Shown here in pieces: positions 55,501-62,278 of a DNA stretch of 62,278 bases. The stretch is from assembly GCA_002811645.1 (NCBI GenBank), contig PDIP01000131.1, forward strand, positions 10,849 to 73,126. The letters run 5' to 3'. This stretch comes from Corallochytrium limacisporum Hawaii (Eukaryota > Protista > Pluriformea). The notes beneath the pieces were generated by a model. The model did not search any database, was not told where the DNA came from, and saw only the letters and a program-made list of their open reading frames with translations. Positions within the stretch are counted from its first letter, which is position 1. Each line of letters begins with the position of its first letter. The translations under genes and the position numbers were made by a program.

Positions 55501-57930
55501 GGGTCCCTCCCGTCCGCTTCCTGCGTGATCCGGAGGTTCGAGGTTTTTAATTCTGGCTCCTGAATTTCCAGCCCATTTCCATTGTAAGGGTCCTCGATCT
55601 TTTTCTCACGGACGGTCATTTCACGGCGAATTCTAGAATGCCCATACTGAACATACTGTCCCTTGCTACCCCCAGAATCCCGCTACCTTGGTCTTGTGTT
55701 CCGTAGTGGGGCCCCAAGCCCTAAGCTCTGAGCGCAGGGCAACAGCAGCAGCAGCAGCAGCAGCAGAAAACAGCGGGCTCCGGCCAAGTCCGCTCTGCAG
55801 CAAAAAAAAAATATTGAAATTCTCTCCGCTTTTCTCGCGTTCAAGAACTGGAAGTTTTAACATCTACTTCTGTCTGTGTTTTTTCTTGTTTTTTTGCCCG
55901 TCTTTTCCCACCGCTCCGAGAAAAGAAAACTTTCCAGAGCTCAGAAAGTATGCTCGATTCAGTACTTAAACAATTATGATTTTGTCCACCACCGTGTCAG
56001 GAGAGAGAAAAGTATGGAAAGGACTTTTCTCCTTCCCAGTAAAACGTTGCGCGAGACTCCCCACGGACGGAGCGGCCACTGTTGCTGGACCTCTACTGTC
56101 CAGGCCAGGGCAGGGCTGTCCGGTCCGTAGTAGTTAGTGGAACCCTGAAGCCGTGAAACAACCAACATTGTGTGGGGGAGTAGGGGGAAGGCGAGGTACG
56201 GACGGCGCACCCGTTTAATGAGATGGTCCAAAAGGACACCGCTTTTCCAGGAGTAGTTTTCCCAGCTCCTCCCATTATTTTTTTTTTGCTGCCGTTACTG
56301 AATTTTCAGACGGCGATTGACGCGCCCATAAGTCTCAGCCGCGAAGGAGTGCCAATGGAGGTTCACGGACAAACACTGTGATGTCAACGGAACCTCAATG
56401 CCGCACAGAGAAGCGGCGGTCGGCGATGCTGATGACGATGGTTGTTTCTCAACTCAATGGTTTCAGCAAACTCAACTCCGAGGTTCCGGTGTAGGGAGAG
56501 TGTTGGCTGGCACAAGTGGGACAAAAGTTTGACACGGCTTGTGGTTGGGTTACCTAAACGGACGGATGCCTTTGTCTGTCCATGCCCGAAGCTCTTGGGG
56601 CTGCAGTCTTCCATTGGCGATTGCCATGCCACCACAACCACTAAGCGATCTTGACTTCTGCAGTAATTCCGTGTCATCATGCTTGGCACCGTTAGCAGCA
56701 GCGGCGGCCGGTTAGTGTGGCCTTACCCTTTACATCTCATTGTTGGTCTGGGACGCATCTGTTAGATGGCAAGCCTGAAACGCTGGTGGTTTCGGTCCCA
56801 GCCGCATTCATCCAAACGCCCTACGGGCCAAACCTGAAAAAAACACAAACACTCGCCAAATCGCACCCGCGCGTATACACTGGAACAGGGATCCATGACC
56901 CCGATATGTTCTCAATGTTAACAAGAATTTTCACACCGCTACTGGCAATTCTCTGCATGGGCAAAGCCAAGAGACAGTTCCGCCCAGTCCATCCCAACGT
57001 TTGGAAGAGAAAAAAAGGAGAGGCGGTATTATCAGGGAGATATCGTCCGGAAAAAATGGGACAGTTTCGGGCAACTGAGAAAGTTAAAAAAAAATAAGAG
57101 AAAAAATCTCTTGGTGTCCGCGAAACGTGGTGGTGCATCCGAACGCGGAGAAGTATTCTCATCGCCCTTCAAATCCTTTTCTTTGTGGTAGAATGGTATA
57201 TGTGAAGAACAACCCGTTAGCCACCCGCCACACCGGTTTGCTAACCAGAAACAGCGACCAAGATACACAAGTGCAATCCCATCAGGCAAACACCATGCCC
57301 GTAAACCCAGGTGGGCTCACCGGGAGATTTGAACTCATCCGGGTAGTTTCGGAGGTTCGCCTTCCGTTCCAAGACCAGTGGGTGTCGCGGGCGTCGGATA
57401 TGCCGTGCCACCCGGGGCGTTTTGTTGGCTGCCGTTCCAAAGGCCACAGTGAAGTTGCCTGTGGGTGTTTGATTGCTTGGGTGAGAAGTCAGAGTTCTGA
57501 AGAACCTATCTCTACGTGTTGTGTCAAGGCCGACTATTGCACGCAGAATACCCCGCCATCATAACTCCCCGCCGGATCAAATTTAGCTGTGAGCCCAACA
57601 TGACCTTGTCAATCGGTGACGAAGAAGAAGGAGATTAGCGGTGACCATCACACGTCCAACGGGCAGATTAGGGCAAAAACTGTGACACTTTTGCACATGT
57701 CAAATGGGAAATCGATCGAGGGTACTATGGAGTGGCTGTAGCCATCGACACCGGCCGAGAAGAACGGAGGTGGAGATTACTGCAGAACTAAGTCGTCCGG
57801 TGCTCGTCGTCAACCTGCACACCCACCCACGCAAATTCATGGACTGACTCGCTCGCGAGTTTCCCCCCCTTCCCGGGTTCAATATGCCGAAGAGAGGGAG
57901 CGGGGTGCGGGTTTAGGTCCCAAACCAAAG

Positions 57931-58068
57931 AAAAAAAAACCTTTGAAGTGGAAGCAGATACACCCTTCAAACCGTGTAAAAAAACCTTTGAAGTGGAAGC
58001 AGATACACCCTTCAAAACCGTGTAAAAAAACCTTTGAAGTGGACGCAGATACACCCTTCAAACCGTGT
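57931..58068. repeat. 45/46-bp tandem repeat x3, each with an internal inverted repeat TTTGAAG...CTTCAAA
   Basis: Unit AAAAAAACCTTTGAAGTGGA(A/C)GCAGATACACCCTTCAAACCGTGT; no unique spacers. Confidence 0.95.
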
Positions 58069-60403
58069 CGTTGTCCGACCTGCCGCTATCCAGGAGGACA
58101 GAACCGGAGGAGAGCGGGAGAAGAGGAGAGCAAGAACTCCGCGACGCGACGGGAGGAAGTGTAGCTGCTTTTCTGCCACTCTCTCGCTTTCTCTCTCTCT
58201 CTCTCTCCCTATTTTTTTTCTTCCTTGTACTCTTCCTTTGATTCATCAGTTGTTCTACTTTTCTATATTACACGACTGCAGCGCACCTATCGCGAATCTC
58301 ACCAAAAAAAATTCCCTCCTGCGCACACACTCCGGCCCCCCCTCCCCTCCTCTCTTCTTCCGAGGCCTCTCTCCCTCGCTGGTGCCCGCTCGGTGGTCCC
58401 CCTTTCCAACCCCTCCCCTCCAGGGGACATCCGACTTCTCCTCTCTTTCCCTTTTTTCCTTTGTGGCTGACTGCCGCTCCCCTTTTTTTTTAATTTTTAC
58501 TCTCCTTTTTTTTTAAACGCCATCGTTTGCCAACCCTCTCTGTCTGTGTCTGTGTGTCTTTCTTCTGCTTCTCTCCCTCCGTAAGCTTCCAACCGTGATC
58601 AGGCCAGTTCTTCAGCCAAACCAGCCAAACCCCGACTGATATATTTTTTCTGCCCCTCCCTCCCTTTCTCCCCTTGCCACTGGCTGGTTTCATTTCAATG
58701 TCCCAGGATGGGGGAAAGAAAAGAAACGCAAGGGTGGGTTTATTTATTTAGCAGGAGCAAAAAATAGTTTTGAAATAAATACTGGGTCCCAACACCAAAA
58801 TTATAGAAAATATACCCTTGCGATATGCATTCTCCGGTATTCGACAATGAAGCAGAGACAGACAAAAAAAGGTCGTGAGTTGTGTGTGGCCGCCACCAAG
58901 TGACCTTGTTATTTCCGTCGTAGAATACCCAAAAAGACAAAAAGATAATTTGATGTCCCATTTTGACCTACTTTACCCACTCGCGCCATTTCAAACGGCC
59001 AGAGAAAAAAAGAGGGGAGGGGGGGAGGAGGGCGATTTTCGGGCAAGAAAAATTATGCCACCAGTCAAGCGAACCGCACTATTCGTTTGGTATGTGCGTT
59101 TCCCAGAATCTTTGCGATAAAACACTACGGGTTCGTTCTTGTGTGGAGTGGGAAAATCATCGTGGACGCAAGTAAAAAATGGGTAGGGTCAAGGCCGCGA
59201 ATAAGAAAAGCCACGTAGAAGTGGTACGGAGAAGCAAAGCCAAAGTGGGCCGAGCCATACGCAGCAGGGGACGACCGAGGGTGGGTTTGGGTTGGATTGG
59301 GTTAGGTTGGGGGAGGAGNNNNNNNNNNNNNNNNNNNNNNNNNNNNNNNNNNNNNNNNNNNNNNNNNNNNNNNNNNNNNNNNNNNNNNNNNNNNNNNNNN
59401 NNNNNNNNNNNNNNNNNNNNNNNNNNNNNNNNNNNNNNNNNNNNNNNNNNNNNNNNNNNNNNNNNNNNNNNNNNNNNNNNNNNNNNNNNNNNNNNNNNNN
59501 NNNNNNNNNNNNNNNNNNNNNNNNNNNNNNNNNNNNNNNNNNNNNNNNNNNNNNNNNNNNNNNNNNNNNNNNNNNNAGAGCGAAGGGGAGAGAGCGAGAG
59601 GGAGGCGCCCGGGGAGGGGGGGGGAAAGGAAAGAGCGAGCGAGCGAGAGAGAGTGAGGAGGAGGGAATAGAAGGGGGGGGGGGAAAACCCTTAAAGCAGG
59701 ACCACCGGGGCGGCCCTTTCAAAGTTGGTGGCCCACCGGGGGGTGTGGTAATGGTCAGTGCTCTTCTCCATTGTCGGTGACGGGTACTGTGTAACTGAAA
59801 TCTACATCGACCTTTTCTTCATACCCCCTTTCCTTATAGCGGTAGTGGAGAGAGAGCGCTCGCGATCTTCTGTCCTGGAAGAACGACCCAAACACAAACA
59901 AGCAAACTGCAGCTGCTCGCTTTGCGTAAAGGGAGACGGGAGAGGGGAACGAGCCGGGAGAGGAAACACCGAAGAAGAATGTTTGGAGGCCGTGGCGGGT
60001 TTCCAGTTAGGTTGAATTGGGATACGGTTGGTGTGGTGCGTGCGGTTGTCATCACACAGCCTGTAGATTTTGCTGGCGGTGGACTTCACAGTTTCCGGTC
60101 ATTTCATTTTTGAGTTGGTATCCTTGGCGTTTCAGAAAAGAGATAGGCCCGCCAGCACGACAACGGGAAGTTTCAAGGAATCGTTGACTGGGAAAATAAA
60201 GCTATATGGGAAGTGCTGGATCAGCAGCTAACATAAGAATGGTTCACTATAACTAAGGTATAAAGAAAACAAGACATTTGATTCCGCGAACGGGTAGCTT
60301 CTTGGAGGTCAAGAATCCAAGTAAACAAGACAAGTACAGCACTCCACTCACCCAGACTTAAAGTTTTAAAGAAGGAGTCTAAAACAGAACACGCAAACAG
60401 AAC

Positions 60404-61000
60404 ATGACAGAGCCAACAACACCACCTCCGGCGGCAGCAGCAGCAGCAGCAGCAGCAGGTGCTGCACCAGCCGGCGAGCCTTTGAAACCGGAGCATTCAC
60501 TGAAGAGCGAAAGGAGCGTCGGGCCTGCACCTCCTGCGTTCCTCATGGGATCCTCTCGTAAGCAGAGCGCACAGATGCAACAGATGAAGCCCAGTCGGGC
60601 ACGGCAATGGATTTCACGAATCACAGTCGTTTTGGTCGTCCTCCTCCTATTGGCCTGTGCTGTTGCCATTGGACATGCCGCACATATTTACAAACTGGAA
60701 AAGATTGCTCTCATTGTGCTGGTCATTATTGTGTTCGTGCTCTGCGTTGCCTTCTGCGCCTTCTACATTGCTAAGCGTGTGGCGGCGCGTCGGGAGATGA
60801 CTCAGTGGGACGAGGAAACCCTGCACCACCAAAGCACACAGGAAATGTCCACAGCAACTCTGAGCCCGCAGATGCCTGGCAGCAAGCTTCGTAACTGTCC
60901 TCAGTACACTTTGGCGGCGTCCCATGCATCACAAAACCCCATGGGCAACCAATATGTCTACGCAAATGGTCGTATGCAGTTTGCCCCCACCCGAGTGTAG
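60404..61000 (+). CDS. Hypothetical 198-aa membrane protein with two TM helices
   Basis: ATG in AACATGA context, (GCA)n-encoded poly-Ala, two long hydrophobic helices separated by a short loop, and a C-terminal ...PTRV. Confidence 0.7.
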   Translation: MTEPTTPPPAAAAAAAAAGAAPAGEPLKPEHSLKSERSVGPAPPAFLMGSSRKQSAQMQQMKPSRARQWISRITVVLVVLLLLACAVAIGHAAHIYKLEKIALIVLVIIVFVLCVAFCAFYIAKRVAARREMTQWDEETLHHQSTQEMSTATLSPQMPGSKLRNCPQYTLAASHASQNPMGNQYVYANGRMQFAPTRV

Positions 61001-62278
61001 TTTAGGCCGAAAGGCGCCCTCTAGCAACAGCACAATCACCCATTGTGATTAGCTCAACATCAATCATCCATTCATCCATCCATGTTCATCCATCATGTAC
61101 CATTTGTTCATAGTTCTCCCCGAAACACTATTCAAAGCGCACGGAGTATCCGTGTTCACTGCTTTTTGTGTTGTGTAAACTACAACAGTTGAAAGCCACA
61201 TCGATACAATAGATCAACTCTTGCTAGTCCAGCTTATTAGCTGCCGCTGCTACGATATTGAGGCCCGTCAGGTTCATGTCTTGTTCAGTGCCGACCATTC
61301 TCCTGAAACTTGTAACGTACCACACGTGCCAAAGTATTCCACCGCCACACCTTCCTTTACCACATCACGCTGCGGCCCATATCCCGGGGGCAAAGCCTTG
61401 AAGGAACATATTGCGCAAACGAAGGCTATGGACGATGCTCAGCATGGAACAGTACGACAAAAGGCGGCTTCGTCGCAAACAGATGCTAGATGTTACACCG
61501 GGGTACACTGATGTCGCGCACCCTGCTGGCCTTCTCTTGTCTTCCCCCTCCCCCCTTCCCTTCTCTCTTCCAGCTCCCCTATGGTTTTTGCTCTCCGCTC
61601 CCCTAACCGGTTCTGTCCTCATTCTGCCTCTCTTTTTCCTCGGTATTCGAGACAGCCATCAGCAGCCACAGGAAGGCTGGGCGAGGGGGGGGGTAAGATT
61701 CTAATAGATTGATACGCCTGGATCAGTATTTTCATTGATTTATAATAAAAAAATTGATTGTTTTATTGTGTACACCATTTCTATAGTGAAATAAGGTCAC
61801 GTGAGGGGAACAATATTGATATTCTGAACTTCCTTCTCCAAAATTAACTTATCTAGCATGATGTACACCGAAAAGTAAAGAATATACTGTGATTCGATTT
61901 TTGGCATGGTTCATCCGTCACAAGAGCACGACACACGGTCCGGACCAGACCGGCATGCCACTGGCTATAAGCAAAACCCAAGCAAGCTGTTTTATATCCG
62001 GCTAAATATAATATTGAAAAACCTAGTGGGAATAAACCATATTAGTATATTGACAAATCCCCAAATTTACATATACTGACTGTTATAAAATCTTCACCCA
62101 CTGGTTCCTGCTGACTTTCGGCCGGTTTTTGTTTCTTTCTTCCCAAATTTTCCTCCCTCCTTCGTACTTTTGCCCGTTAGCTCAGCGCGCCCCTTCGGGC
62201 CCCGTGGGGCAGTCGGTGGTGGGTGGTGTTGTCTGCGGCTACTCTCTCTCTCCGCTCCCCTCCCCTCTCCCCCCCCCC

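Noticed and set aside
57931-58068. CRISPR-like palindromic repeats
   Set aside because: Units are head-to-tail with no unique spacers, there are no cas genes, and the context is eukaryotic.
59280-59312. Telomere-like GGGTT repeats
   Set aside because: Short, irregular and internal; not a regular TTAGGG array.

Overview
Eukaryotic genomic scaffold with 7 N-gaps and almost intron-free genes. TBC1D7, NDC1, BET1 and CK2-alpha suggest a unicellular opisthokont/holozoan-like protist; this taxon call is inference only. About 14 genes are supported: two paralogous Cys-repeat type-I surface proteins, an ELO elongase, a frameshifted FAD/NAD(P)-dependent oxidoreductase, a CBS-domain protein, a flavin reductase, an AAAP amino-acid transporter, a HAD hydrolase, NDC1, a PhyH-family dioxygenase, CK2-alpha, TBC1D7, BET1 and an orphan 2-TM protein. 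They are separated by (CT/GA)n- and homopolymer-rich islands, an exact 878-bp tandem duplication, short tandem repeats and decayed ORF remnants. The strongest hidden signal is upstream of the canonical CK2-alpha AUG: the frame stays open for 170 codons inside a ~740-nt stretch with no ATG. It encodes a presequence-like, acid-free segment followed by a charged helical segment, suggesting a non-AUG (CUG)-initiated or spliced, possibly organelle-targeted, long CK2 isoform. No rRNA, tRNA or CRISPR array was recognised.
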